Notes under the pieces: model-generated
What the model was told of the DNA's origin: nothing
Database searches by the model: none
What the model saw: only the letters and a program-made list of their open reading frames with translations
In this document: piece after piece, positions 38,747-53,258 of the stretch
How the letters are laid out: each line of letters begins with the position of its first letter
How positions within the stretch are numbered: position 1 is the first letter of the stretch
Assembly (NCBI GenBank): GCA_963693365.1
Contig: CAVNZM010000002.1
Span: forward strand, 4,666,259 to 4,730,258
DNA from: Amoebidium appalachense
Taxonomy: Eukaryota > Protista > Ichthyosporea
Length of the DNA stretch: 64,000 bases
Direction of reading: 5' to 3'
Made by a program: the position numbers and the translations under genes

Positions 38747-41196
38747 ATGCGCCTATTAGAATCTGCACAAGCCAGGCCAGATTCACATCTCGTACTAGAT
38801 ACATGCACTAACTTTATTGTTGATGATTTGATAGATCTCGGTGATTATGCTGGCGGTGGTAGGAAGGAATATCCCGATGCTCTCTTGTTACCAAACACCA
38901 CTCCCGCTAGACTAGGTGAACCCCTGTCTCAAAAGGAAAGCTTGCGCCGGCTTGCTAGTATGAATCGATTTGGCCCCCCTGCTCGTATTATTGGTGATAC
39001 CACTGGAGACCCCCTCATAGACTCTGATAAGTATTTCTCGGAACTGTTTAAAGATAGGACCCCCGCTCAGAAACCTATTGTGTGGCCTGTAGACCCATCT
39101 ATCCCCATAGAATCGATCCTCCCCTTTTTCAGTCCCGATGCCATATGGTCTGTGATATCTAGTTATAGCTCTAGTAAGTCTTGTGGACCTGATGGACTCC
39201 CTGCTGGGTTTCTTAAAATCCTTGTTCCCTCCTACCCACAAAAGGAAAGTGATCGTGCTATTAAACCTGATCTTACTATCATGTTAAGCTCTCTCTTTTC
39301 TTGGTGTGTTAAATGTGGACATGTCCCGTCATCTTGGTTAGATACCTTAGTGATCCCCATAGTTAAGAAGGACTCTGAGGGCCCCATATCATCCTTTCGC
39401 CCCATTACACTAACCCAGGTTGTTCGTAGATTCTTTGAAGCTTGCTTACTTAGGTTATTTGCACATCACCCTAGGTTTCAATCTATTCTTCACATACACC
39501 CATGCCAATCCGCTTTTCGTAAAAACAATTCATGTTATGTTCAAATAATGGCACTGCACGATTCTATGCAAGTTGGTGCACAATATGTTGGCTTTATTGA
39601 TTGGAAAACTGCTTACGATTCTGTCTCCCCTGGTCTCCTATGGGAAAAGCTTGCTGCACGGGGTGTACCACACTGCATTGGTGTTCTGTTAGAAGCACTC
39701 TTGTCTCAAACCTATGGTAGAGCTGTGGTTAATGGGCATCTTTCATATGGTTTTGCTCGTACTAGAGGTCTCTTGCAGGGTTCATTGCTTAGCCCCTTTT
39801 TGTTTAACCTATTTATAGATGATTTGGCTGTCAAGATTTACGCCGAAAACGATGACCCTATTAATAACTTTCCGCCTGCACTTCTCTATGCTGATGATCT
39901 GTCCTGTCCCTCCTTGCCCGTACCCCTAGACGCCTGCAAAGATTGTTCGATGTAGTGTCAGAGTGGTGCAAGGCAAACCTTATGATCCTTAACATAGACA
40001 AATGTGGTGTTCTTGTACCTGATATAGCTAACAATTTACACACATTTACATTATCATCTAAACCTGTACCTATAGTTCCAGAATACAAATATCTTGGTGT
40101 TCCGGTTGATTCTGTTGGTGTTATGTTTCCCCATATGGTCGAAAAGAGGGTAGAGTTGGCTCGTAAGCGGTTAGCTTTCTTCTCGGCTAATATTTTTAAA
40201 GACACACCCCTCCATCCTTCTATTAGACTTACATTTATTCGCACTTTTGTCTTCCCGGCATGTGAATATGGTTTACCCCTTCTCGCCGCTTGGATCAAGA
40301 AAGAGAGAACTAGAGCGCTTAAACCCTTGGCAAATTTCCTTGAAGCAGAAGTTGCCTCCTTTCTATCTAACAACTGTTGTAAACCTGGGCCTGTAACGCT
40401 CTCGATATATGGTCTGGTCCCAATAGCTGCTAGAGTATCCTATCTCGCGCTGAAATTCAATAAGCACATAAGCCGCTTAAAGAAGTATTTGCCCTCCCAC
40501 CCTCTCTTCTCTATCCGACCTGTCCCCTCCTCACCTCTCCCCTCTTTCCTCCCCTCTCTCTCCCCTTCTCCCCTGGGCACAAATACAAATAAACCCCGCA
40601 ATAGTGTGTGTGTGACTTTGGACTGCCACTTACTTATTAAACATGTACACAATCACAAGATAATCACGCAATATAACAAATGGAAAAAGATACCACACGA
40701 CACTAGACCCGATGAAAGCATACACCTTGAAAAACTAAGCCTTATGTCTCGTTTTATATATACTGACCGCCTCAACCATATTGCCAAATATGGCACTCGC
40801 AAGTGTATAACACCTAAATACATATTACCTTCCTGTAGAACTGGTCTTTCTCTAGCTGATGGTATTATTGATCAATTACCACGCTTTTACTGTACACGTG
40901 CTATACAGTGGAGATCTAATAAGTATAAGGTGGCATCATTTGCATGCCCAAACAACACACACACACACCAGTTTAACCGGTCATGTATCGCCAAATGTAG
41001 TTTGATAGACCACATAATACCGCAACACACACACGTCACATTCACAACAGACACCCAGAAAGATAGCCTACCTGTAAATTACAACATCCTTGATTTTATA
41101 CTAAACACGCGTAACTACGACCTGTTTATTAGATGTATTGATTGGCTTGAGAAACACATCACTACAAAATTATAGCGCACGCGCACACACACACAC

Positions 41197-41247
<51 letters not shown>

Positions 41248-41250
41248 CCA
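38747..41250 (+). mobile_element. Non-LTR retrotransposon (LINE-like) RT copy, frameshifted, probably 5'-truncated
   Basis: ORFs 38747-39955 and 39943-41175: KSCGPDGL, VIPIVKK, FRPITL, QSAFRK, FIDWKTAYDSV, GLLQGSLLSPFLFNLFIDDL, YADDL, NIDKC, YKYLGV, and a C-terminal Cys/His motif. Intronless and AT-rich; a (CA)n tract follows the stop codon. Confidence 0.93.
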
Positions 41251-41279
41251 GCTGATACCGAGTGTCCCGAGGGGAGCCC

Positions 41280-41325
<46 letters not shown>

Positions 41326-41783
41326 GGGGAACCCCAACTAATTGATTTCTCCTTGTAGTCTTTATGGTGTCTCGTAGAGAAAGTAAACCCTGATATATAG
41401 TCACCACCCGACATCTATGTACGTGATCATGATATACCGCTGAGGGGATATTCCGAGCAAAACCCCCCCCCCCATACCTGAGACTGGTTCTCTTTGCCTC
41501 GAGTAAACAGCGTAAACCCCCCCACTTATACTTCTAGCGGCTAGATACCAAAGGTTGTCTCGAGCTTGCAATTGAGGGCAAGGGAGCCTGTCCCCGGGTA
41601 CCAGTAGTGCAGGTGGAGTGGGAGGCTGCGCTGAGAGCCTTGGCTTGCTGACTATGGCATGTTCCATATAAGCAACACAAAAGTCGAAAATAAGACAGTT
41701 TATAGGCAACACAGCCACACCACCTGCCCAGTTTGCATTTCCTTTGTACCGGGTGGTTATGCCCCCGTGTGGGCCCACACACC

Positions 41784-42831
41784 ATGTCTGTCATCCTCGA
41801 GACCTCAGTAGGGGACCTCACCATAGACCTCTACACGGACCAATGTCCCAGAGGTAGGCGTACCAGCCAAGCCTCTCCCAGCCTCCCACTCCCCTTCCCC
41901 CCACCCCCCTTCCCCCTTCCTCCCCCCCCTCCACCTCTCCCCCTCCCCCCCCCCCACCTCCCCATTCACTCCCCCCCTCCACCCCTCTCCCATCTGCACC
42001 CCCCCCCCCCCCCCCCCCCCTCCCCCTTCTCCCTCTGCCCCCCCCCCCCGCCCCCCCTTCCCCCCTTCCTCCCCCAGCCTCTCTCCCCCCCCCCCCCTGG
42101 TCTCCCCTGCCCCGTTCATCCCCTTCCCCTTCCATCTCCCCCCTTCTGCTCGTCGTCCCCCCCTCCCACCCCCCACCCCCCCCACACACACACGCATACC
42201 AACCAAACCACCACCACCAGCACCAGCACCACTTTGCGTCTTGTAACAGTTCAACTGTTCTTCTATTGTTCTGCTGACAACGATCTTTGACGTGCTTGCC
42301 TGCTGTTTTCGTGGTTATGAGTTCAGGTCTCTCTTTCCCTCCGTCCGTCTTCCCCCCCCCCCCCCCCCTCCCCCCCCCCCCCCTCTCTCTCTCCTCGGAC
42401 GTTATTTATCTTTTTTCGCTCCCCCTTCCTGCTCACATGCCCTTTACAACTTGCAATCCATTCGGCAGTTTTACTTGCAAATACTCGCCGCTTCTGTTGG
42501 CTAGGCAGTGTAGCCCCTCTCCCCTTCATATGTGCACAGAGACACCACGTAACTGTGACACACACTGCTTTGAGGCCACAGCTTGTAGTGCACACAAACG
42601 GGGTTGGAATACACTTGTGAGAGCATGGCTTCAATGGTAGAAGAATGCACTACACCACAGACTTGTTCATGGGCACCCCGACGCACACCACAAGCATATA
42701 TGTGGCTGTACTTTCAGCTTATGTGGCCTCACTGCTTAGGCTTTTATAGCAGGTCCGTGTGCTCATATGTACCCTCCCCCCCCCCCCCCCCCACCCCCCC
42801 CCCCCCCCCCCCCCACCCCCTCTCTTCACAC

Positions 42832-42870
<39 letters not shown>

Positions 42871-42908
42871 CTCTCTCTCTCTCCCCCCCCCCCCCCCCCC
42901 TCTCTCCC

Positions 42909-42946
<38 letters not shown>

Positions 42947-45015
42947 TTCTCCCCCCCCCCCCCCCCCCCCTCTCCCTCTCTCTCCCTCACACACACACAC
43001 ACACACTCTCTCTCTTTCTCGTCCTCCCTCCCACCCCATCTCCACCCTCCCCCCGTCCCCCCCCCACCCCTTCCATGAAGTTTTTTTCCCCCATGAGAGC
43101 CTATCCTCTGTGTCTATGGTAGTTTGTAGCACATTTTTATTCTCCCCCCCCCCCCCCCCCCCTCCCGCGCCCCCCACCTCCCCCACGCGTTTGTCGCTGC
43201 ACTGCATTAGTTTGCACACACATCTTCACCGTTTTGCTCACCTTGCTTGCATAAGCAACCCTGCTCGTCTTTGATCAAGACGGGTTGACCCACCCAAGTT
43301 CAGTTGATGCTGCTGTCTGAGTTGGAGCGTCGTATATACGCGGGCTAAGGGGTCGAAACTCAGACGCAATTGATGACTTGGGCCCTCCCTGAGGATGGGC
43401 TCTGCTTATGACGCATACTGTGCGCATGGCTGATGCTGCATAGTTGAATGTTTGCCTTTGCATGTGTCCCGCACCATGCTTCTCATCGTGTATGCGTACT
43501 TCGTACTGTGTTCCGCATTCAAACCCCCCCCCCCCCCCCCCCCCCCCCACACACACACACTATTCCTTCCCTGGGTTTTCCGTTTTTACCGTGACAAACC
43601 TATCCCCCGAGAGAGAGAGACTTGGGCAATCTTTTTGGGAGAGCAACAACTTTTTTTAATGATTACCCTTATCCTTTCCTTGTTGATAGCACAAGGATTA
43701 TCTTTGCCTGAGGGCAAGTGTAGGAGCCATCTACGAGGGGTATTGTTTGTGTGCTTGAGACTGTTTGTGTGCTGATGCAACCCCCCTCCTCCCCCCCCCT
43801 CCATTATGTCCACCAAAACCAACGTTTCTCTCCCACGGCTGGTCTGTGCATGTATGTCATACTTTATCGTGGTATGTTCTGGTGCCAGCCACACGATGCG
43901 CGTTTTTTGGCATCACGTTCTTGTTGTGCACCCTGGACACTCCACTGTCAACCCCCTCCCCCCCCCCCCCCCCCCCCCCCCCCCCGCCCCCCCGGTTTTC
44001 CCACAGCTCGCCTCTGTAGAACTTCGATGATCGAACCGGAATTTTATACTCCTCTTCCCCCCCCCCCCCCCCCCCCCCCCCCGCGCCCCCTGTTTCCTGG
44101 TTGGTGTATCAATTTGTTGTTTTATTTTTTGTCGCTTGATGTCACCGCCTCCATAATCCCCCCCCCTCTTACGCATCCCCCCCAGCCAGCAAGAACTTTC
44201 TCAAGCTGTGCAAGATCAAGTACTACAACTTCAGCCTCTTCCACAATGTCCAGAGAGACTTTGTGGCCCAGACCGGTGACCCCACAGGCACCGGCAAGAG
44301 GGGTCGCTCCATATATGGGTATGTACCTGCTGTATGTGGGTGTATATGTGCTATATATGGGGCATATCTTAATTTGTATGGGTACGCTATCAATATACTG
44401 GTATGTACATGGGTGTATGTGTGTATATGTGCTATGTATAGGTTGTGTGCTCGTTATGTATGAGCATGGACATGGCATGTATGGGTGTATAGCTACGTGT
44501 GGGGAATGTACTTGCTATGTATGGGATGTACATGGTGTGTGGTTGTATGTTTGCCATATATGGGTACGTACATGGTAAATGGTTGTATGCTTAACATGTA
44601 TAGGCAGGCCTTGCTTTCTATGTGTGGTTGTGTATATGCTATGTATTGGTGTTTACTATGCCTGGGTCAATTCTTGTTATGTATCGGTAATTGCTTTCTA
44701 TGTATGGGTGTATGCTGATTATGTATGGGCGTGTGCATGCTATGATAAAAGCGGTTTTATGGTATACTATCTACTGCTTGGATGCATGTGCTTGCCGTGT
44801 TGTGTCGTGCATGCGACAGTCGTTGACGGGTTGGTTTGAGCAGACGTGTGGGTGTGGTTGTGGGTTTGGGGGTGGGGGTGGGTGCGTGGGTGTTGGGGGG
44901 GGGGGGGGGGGGGGGGGGTTGTGTGTGTGTGTGCATGTGTGTGTATGTTGGGAAAACTGCACGGCATGGATTGCCAATGAAATGCATATGAGACACACAC
45001 TCTCTCTCGCGCACG

Positions 45016-45052
<37 letters not shown>

Positions 45053-45097
45053 CTCCCCCCCCCCCCCCCCCCCCCTCTCTCCCTCTTCCCCCCTCCC

Positions 45098-45142
<45 letters not shown>

Positions 45143-45905
45143 CTCTCTCTGTCTCTGTCTCTCTCTCTCTCTTCTCTGTCTATCTATCTCCCCCCCCTTC
45201 CCCCCTTCTCCCTTCCCCACCTTTCTCCCGAAACAATCTGATTTATTCGTGGCTGCACGGACCAAACCCTTTTTAGCTTCTTGCCTGACAGTTCCTTGGG
45301 TTTCTCCGTGTGCCTATTTTTTTATTATCATCGATGGTGCTATGCTGTCAAACTTCCCATTTTCAGATGCATACATATCCACCTTGTCTTGTGATCTCTC
45401 CTCCTCCATAATCCCGACCCATTGATACATTAAACCCCTCCGCCACTCCGCCCACCCTGGGGTTAATCAAACACGGACGTTGTACATGACTTGGCTTCAT
45501 CATGATGGATGGGCATTGTGCATGATGCATAAACTTGGTGTGTGGTTAGCACTCTGCGTGGTGTTCAACATCATAGATGTGTACTTCATACTCTGACGCA
45601 TCATACCTTCTTCTTCCCCCCTCCCTCTGCTGTTCCACTAGAAGCAACCATACAGCAAATGACCACCCTCTTGAAGCCCATTTTACTGATGTCACATATG
45701 ATTGGTGCAGAATCATCGATGGGCCGGCCCACGATTTCTTCCCCGACGAGATCCACCCCAAGATGAAACACACACGCAGAGGCCTCGTGTCGATGGCAAA
45801 TGCCGGCAAGGACAGAAACGGCTCACAGGTGTTTGCCTGAAACCCCCCCCCCCCCCCCCCCCCCCCCACACACACACACAGACACACACATACGAACACA
45901 CACAG

Positions 45906-45972
<67 letters not shown>

Positions 45973-46050
45973 CATGCACACACACAACACACACAAGCAG
46001 ACACACACACACACACACACTCACTCACTCATTCACTCATTCACTCATTC

Positions 46051-46142
<92 letters not shown>

Positions 46143-48102
46143 TTGATTCTTGTTTCCTTTTTTGAGTCATTTTTCCAATCTTTGTCTTCATCCCCCCGCT
46201 CCCCCACCCTTCCCGTTCTTCTTTCCCCTCCCTTTGCCCAAGATGCATACTCCTTTGTGTACTTTAAACTCTCCATTGTGTTGCCCGTTGGGAATGTGGC
46301 TCTGTACTCCGTAAGGCATTCTAACCCCCGTCCCTCCCCCCCCCCCCCCCCCCCCCCTCCCCCCCACCCCCCCCCCTCTCCCCTGCCCCCCTCCCCCCAA
46401 CCCCGTCCCTCCTCTCCCCCCCCACCCCCCCCCCCCTCCCCGGTTGCTCTGTGTCCCCACCAGTTCTTCATCACACTTGCACCATACCTTTCGTCGTTGG
46501 ACGGCAAGCACACCATATTTGGTGAGGTTGTAGATGACGAAGAGAACATGGCCGTGCTGGACAAGATCAACGAGGCCTTCTGTGACGCCACAGGCAGGCC
46601 CTACCAGGACATTCGGTGGGTGGCTGTTTTGGCCCTGCGGCAGCAAGAGTGTAGTTATAGGTGTTTGAGAACCGGAAAGTTCGGTTTAATCTGTTAGGTG
46701 TCTTTGCCTGTTGTATTAGTGAATCTCCCCAGTCCGCATCCCCACATTCAACCCCCACCCACCCACCCAACCCCCCCCACACACACTTCACCCCCTTCCT
46801 GCACATGCGCCCCCCTTCCCGCCCCTTACCCCCCCCGGAGGATGGGCTCTGCTTGTGGTGCATTTTCATTGTGCTTTGCCATGTGTGTCCGTCGAAAATC
46901 TGTACTTAATCCTGCCCACACCACCCTCTTTTTCTTTCCCCTTCCACAATGCTGCTTGCAGCAAACCCTAACCACTCATAATGACTCGTGTCTGCACTGC
47001 CACCCTGTCCATGTCTTCCACCCCCTCAAACCCCCCCTCCCCCCCGGCACGTCCATGCCTCCACCCACCCTCCCTCCGTCCCTCCCTCCCTTCTACCCGA
47101 TGGTATTCCATGGTACCGTTCCCTCGTTCCCTTGATCAGAAGTTTTATCCCGTAGATTCTAAAGGGCGCTTTACTCTTCCATCTTCAGCATCCGGCACAC
47201 CATCATCCTTGACGACCCCTTTGATGACCCCAAGAGCCTACCCGTCCCCTCACGGTCCCCATCACCCACCCCAGAACAGCTCGAGGTGTGCCCCCCCCTC
47301 CCCTCCCCAATTCCCCTCCCCCCCCCCGCCCTCCTCCTCCTCTCCCCTCCTTCCCACCCTCCGTTTAACCACCACCAATCACTCCTTGTCCTATCCTCCT
47401 CTCCATCATGTGTCGAGTGCCTATCAAGAGGACTTGCACGACTGTTGCGCACTCTAATATCAGTAAGCCACATTGTGTGTATTGAAGTGACGTGCTGTTA
47501 TGACCGACTCGGTATAGTTTTTGGCTGTGGGTGGTGGGTCAAGGGACATGGATGCCTAGAGTTGTTATGCAGAGTGCATACTTCCCGTGTTGATCCCCCC
47601 CCCCCCCCCCCCCCCCCCCACCCATAATAATAATAAATAAAAAAACCATCCACCCACCCACCCACCCGTACCCCTACTCCTCCCCTCCCCCCCTCCTCCT
47701 CCCCACCCCTGTTGTTGCCTTCCTTCAACTCAGTCCTTTTTTTTTTTTGCACCTGATTTACCCCCCCCCCCCCCCCCCCCCCCCCCCCCTTTTTCTTTCC
47801 CCTCCCTCCTCCGCAGCAATCTGAATTATATTGTCTGTGTTTAAGGGCCATGTGATGCATTCTAACAGACGCACACCCACAGTCCGGGCGCATCCGAGAC
47901 GATGACGTCATTGACGACACGGAGGGGCTGACTGCAGAGGAGATTGATGCGAGGCAGAGGGAGAGGGAGGCAAAGGCGGGTGCACAGGTCCTGGAGATGG
48001 TAGGTGCCGTGTGTGGATGTGTGGGTGGGTGGGCGGGTGGGTGTGTGGGTGGGTGGGTGGATGAAGGTTGGCGGGTGAGTGGGTGTGGGTGTGAGTGTAG
48101 GT

Positions 48103-48183
<81 letters not shown>

Positions 48184-48268
48184 GAGCGGGAGGGGGAAGG
48201 GTTTAGCGTGTGTGCACATGCGAGCGGTGTAAGCCGAGGGTTAGTGTTTTTGTGTTTGGATGGGGAGG

Positions 48269-48304
<36 letters not shown>

Positions 48305-48423
48305 TCAAAGAAGGGGGCTGGTTGTGCGAGTTTAGGACTGTGAGGAGACGGCAAGAGATGGGAGTTGATTTGTATGGGTGGTGCCTGTGCCCGACGGGCA
48401 TAAATGTAGGTAGGGAAGGAGGT

Positions 48424-48465
<42 letters not shown>

Positions 48466-48494
48466 TGAAAGTGGGTGGATTGGTGTGTGTGTGT

Positions 48495-48532
<38 letters not shown>

Positions 48533-48979
48533 GGGGAGTGCGTGTGTGTGCATGTGCATGAGTGTGAGTGTGTGTGGTGGTTTGAGGGCAAGGGAGTGAG
48601 GAGAGGGTTTGGGTAGAAAGGGAGGGCAGGGAGTTGGGGAGGGGGAAAGAGGGGACATGTACCATCAACATCAACACTGTCATTCATCCCCAGCATGTGT
48701 TTTTCATAAGTATTGAGTTCCACCTGTTTAGCCCTGCTTAACTTCATATAACCATCCCTCCCCCCCCCCCCTCCCCCCCCCCCCCTCGCAGCTCTTCCCC
48801 TTCCCCTCTTCGCAACACTCCCTCCCGCTATCCCTTACCCAACCCCGACTCCTTTCACCTCTTACCCCCTTTCCCCCCCCCCCCCGGGCCCCCGCCCCCC
48901 TCGCTCGCTCTTCTCTCTTTCTCTCCCACCCGGCCCCTGTCTTTCTTCTCTCTTTATCTATCTCTGTTTCCTTTCTCCT

Positions 48980-49013
<34 letters not shown>

Positions 49014-49038
49014 TTCTCTCTCTCTCTCTCCCCCCACC

Positions 49039-49122
<84 letters not shown>

Positions 49123-49357
49123 CATCCATCTCTATCTCTCTCTCTCTTTCTCTCCATCTATCTATTTCTTTCTCTCTCTCTCTTTCTCCCTCTCTACCCA
49201 CACCAGATTGGAGATCTACCGGATGCCGACATCAAACCCCCCGACAATGTCCTGTTTGTGGCTAAACTTAACCCCGTCACTACCGATGAGGACTTGGAGC
49301 TCATTTTTTCGAGATTCGGCACCATCGTGAGGTGCAAGACCTCCCTCCCTCCTCCCC

Positions 49358-49412
<55 letters not shown>

Positions 49413-49721
49413 CCCCCCCCCCCCCCCCCCCCGGCCCCTTAATGGGGGGGAGGCTGGTTCTTGCTTTTTTTTTTTTGTGACGTTCTATGGTTTCCCTTAG
49501 TATGCAACCCCTTTTTACGATTCAAACCCTTTAAACATATCCCCCCCCCCCCCCCCCCCCCCCTCCCCCCGTGGGTTTTTCTGGGGGGAGGGGGGGGGGG
49601 GGGGGGGGAGGGATTTCTTTGCTCGTTGTGTCCGCAGCCCACCCACTTTCTGTTGTGTGCTGTGTTTCACTTTTTCTCCTGCTCCTCCACGCTGTCTTAC
49701 GAATTCCCCCCTCCCCCTCTT

Positions 49722-49752
<31 letters not shown>

Positions 49753-49761
49753 CCACCCACC

Positions 49762-49831
<70 letters not shown>

Positions 49832-50496
49832 GACCCTCACTCCCCAGCTGCGAGATCATCCGAGACCGCAAGACAGGGGAGAGTCTAGGCTACGGGTTCA
49901 TCGAGTTTGAGAGCAGTGAGGCCTGCGAGGAGGCCTACTTCAAGATGGACAATGTGCTCATAGACGACAGGAGAATAGTCGTCAACTTCAGCCAGAGTGT
50001 GGCAAAGCTGTGGAGGAACAGCGCAAGTACGTGCTGTGCACCTCCTTATGTTGCATGGTCTGTGTACGTGCTCCGCAAATTCGCAAAATTGGATTGTGTT
50101 GTCCCTCATGAATATGTACATGTTACTAAAAACCGTCAAACCCCCCCCCCCCCCCCCCCCCCCCCCCACCCCCCCCCCTCTCCCTCTCTCCCTCTCCGTC
50201 TCCCTCTCCCTCTTCCACTCTTTTCTCCGTCTCCGTCTCCCACTCTTTCTCTCTCTCTCCCTCTCTCCCTCTCCCACTCTTTCTTTCCCTCTCCCGTCTC
50301 TATCTATCTATCTCTCTGTCCCTCCCTCCATAATGCATACTCTGTACGTGCTTTGTGCTGTGATGTCCTTGATGAATGTGTACTCCGCATTCGATAACAC
50401 ATTCTTACCCTCCCCCCCCCCCCCCCCCCCCCCCTTCCCCCACCGCTGTCTTTTCATGTCTGCTTCTCCATGTTTCCAATTCTCTAAAGCCACCAG

Positions 50497-50540
<44 letters not shown>

Positions 50541-51571
50541 CCTCCACCCCAATGATGCATATTTTTTGCTTGTGAAACTGCAAGGTGTTGTACGTCGTGC
50601 ATGTGTTAAAGAGCATGTGTGCTTTCCAGAAGTTGCAGTGTTGGGTGTCGTGAATGTGTAATTTGCACTGTGAAGAGCACCGAACCTGCACCTCCCCTCT
50701 CCCCCCTTCTTCCCTCACCAAGGTGACCCATGCCAATACTTGTGCAGTGCTTGATTGATATGGAGATAGACGTGCAAACACTCATGTAGCGATAGACGTG
50801 CAAACACACATGTAGAGATAGACGTGCAAACACACATGTAGAGATAGACGTGCAAACTCACAAGTAGAGATGCACGTGCAAACACACATGTAGAGATGGG
50901 CACGCAAACACACATGTAGAGATGCACGTGCAAAGACACGTGTAGAGATGGGCGCGCAAACACACATGTAGTGATGCACGTGCAAAGACACGTGTAGAGA
51001 TGGGTGTGCAAACGCACATGTAGAATTACACGTGTCATACACGGAGTTGTGGTGCACACAAAACATCCGAGTTCATATTCACCTGTCTATTCTGTGTTCC
51101 CCCCCTCCTCCCCCCCCCCCCCCCCGGCCCCAAACACACACACACACACACTGACCACCGCCACAACCACCTCCACCACCTCCACCACCTTCACCTCCAC
51201 CACCACAGCCAAATCCATGCCGGCACATGCTCAGCAGTTCCGCATCAAAAACCAACAGCGTCAGGACAAGTATGTCCCTTCCCCCGCCCCCCCCCCAAAA
51301 AAAAGAAAGAAAAGAAAAAGAAACCGATGAATGAGTCGAAACCCGTGTACCTTGATCGACTTGTACCCCTTTGAGAAGGGGCTCTACTTATGATACATGT
51401 ATTCCTTTTGTCTGCTTGGTGTTGTGTTGTCCTTCGTGAATATGTGCTTCCTACTCTGTAATGCTTTCTGATCCTCCCCCCTCTCTCCCATCACCACCTC
51501 CTCAGCCCCCGTGCGCACACCACCCCATTTGTTGGGTTAGAGTGGGTGGGGGTGAGGTGAGGTGTAGTGGT

Positions 51572-51608
<37 letters not shown>

Positions 51609-51873
51609 AAAAAAACAGGGTTTTCGTTGTTATCTTTAGTACAACTCTCTCCGGTCTTCTAACCCCTGACGCCGCCTCCCAAATACCCCCTGCAGCTACC
51701 AGTACGTGTTCAGTGACGAGGATGAAAAGGGCGGAAAGAGCAAAAAGCGCCAACACAAGGAGAAGGAAAAGGTACATCCTTCTGCAACCCCCCCCCCCCC
51801 CCCCCCCCCGGCTCCCCCTCTCCCCTCCCCCCCCCCCCCCCCCCCCCCCCAAACGCACGCACACGAGCGCGAA

Positions 51874-51964
<91 letters not shown>

Positions 51965-51977
51965 ACACACACCACAC

Positions 51978-52024
<47 letters not shown>

Positions 52025-52055
52025 CACACACACACACACACACACATACCACACA

Positions 52056-52130
<75 letters not shown>

Positions 52131-52576
52131 ACCACCACCACCACCACCACTACATACTTCCGTCCGAAGCCGATGTTTCACTAACGCTTTGCTTCAGCAT
52201 TCAAATACACACAGAAATCATGTTACTGTCTTTATCCCGCGATAAATTGAGCAGACTTGCAAATCAGACGTCTGTCCTCTGAAGTCAGTGGGATGTGGGG
52301 ACACACAGTGTATACAGCTTTATTTTAAGAACCTACACCCCACACTGCCTCAAACCATGATTGGTAACCCCGGTGGAATGTGTGCACGTGCACGAGCACT
52401 GCATGCCCGCAAAGTTTAAGTGTATTGACGCATAGTTTGGGTGTACTCAGCATAGGCAGACAAACACGGCATCAGTTGTGGAGCGGTTTTAGTGGGCATA
52501 TGTGTTTCTTGATCAAGATTTTCGTGGTCGTTGTTTGGAGGTGGGTGGGCCGGAGGGATTGGAGGAGGAGGGGGGG

Positions 52577-52620
<44 letters not shown>

Positions 52621-53060
52621 CTTGCTGTAATGAATGACCTGGAACCATAGCTTGGCTGACCAGCGTTTTTAATGACACCTGACAGGAAAGAGAGAAGGAC
52701 CGAAAGAAGCACAAAGGGGACACGGACAGCGACAAGGAGAGTGGAAGGCCGAAGAAGGAGGTGGAAAGAGAGAGGCCAAAGGAGAAGGGCAGGGACGAAA
52801 GAGGTGGGGAGAGGGAGAGGGTGAAAGAGAGAGCAAGTGACCGGGATAGAGAGAGAGAAAGAGAAAGAGATAGGGGAAGGGACAGGGAGAGAGATAGAGA
52901 TAGAGAGAAGGAGAGAGACAAAGACAGGGACAGAGATAGGGAAAGGGACAGGGGCAGAGACAGAGACGCCGACAGAGATAGGGATCGCGACCGGGGGAGG
53001 GATAGGGACAGAGATAGAGAAAGAGACAGGGGGAGGGACAGAGATAGGGACCGCCGTTGA
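41784..53060 (+). CDS. PPIL4: Cyclophilin-RRM protein PPIL4/CYP59 with RD/RE-rich tail, 11 exons
   Basis: Exons 41784-41853, 44186-44318, 45711-45828, 46464-46615, 47189-47285, 47883-47999, 49207-49331, 49848-50026, 51209-51269, 51696-51771, 52686-53060. Motifs [103 protein letters not shown]. Confidence 0.96.
43185..43523 (+). repeat. Dispersed intronic repeat, full copy B (PPIL4 intron 1)
   Basis: Near-identical to 15756-16094 and flanked on both sides by C-rich tracts. Confidence 0.95.
50763..51022. repeat. 26-bp minisatellite, 10 copies
   Basis: Unit GAGATAGACGTGCAAACACACATGTA with variants, head-to-tail, no spacers. Confidence 0.95.
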
Positions 53061-53204
53061 TCTATATCAAGGACAATAGGGAAATAAATGTACGCGAAGT
53101 TGATATTCCATAAGTATGCATCAAGAAAAACATTTTCAAGCGAGTATGGTGTTAGTTCAGTGTTTGCCTAGCGACTACCCGAAACTTTGTGCACTGGGGT
53201 TTTG

Positions 53205-53258
<54 letters not shown>

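Noticed and set aside
41271-41334. Poly(A) at 41284-41324 as the LINE tail, flanked by GGGGAGCCCC/GGGGAACCCC
   Set aside because: No matching TSD found at the 5' junction, and long A/T runs are common here, so the LINE end cannot be fixed.
50763-51022. CRISPR-like array
   Set aside because: Head-to-tail units with no unique spacers, inside a eukaryotic intron, and no cas genes.
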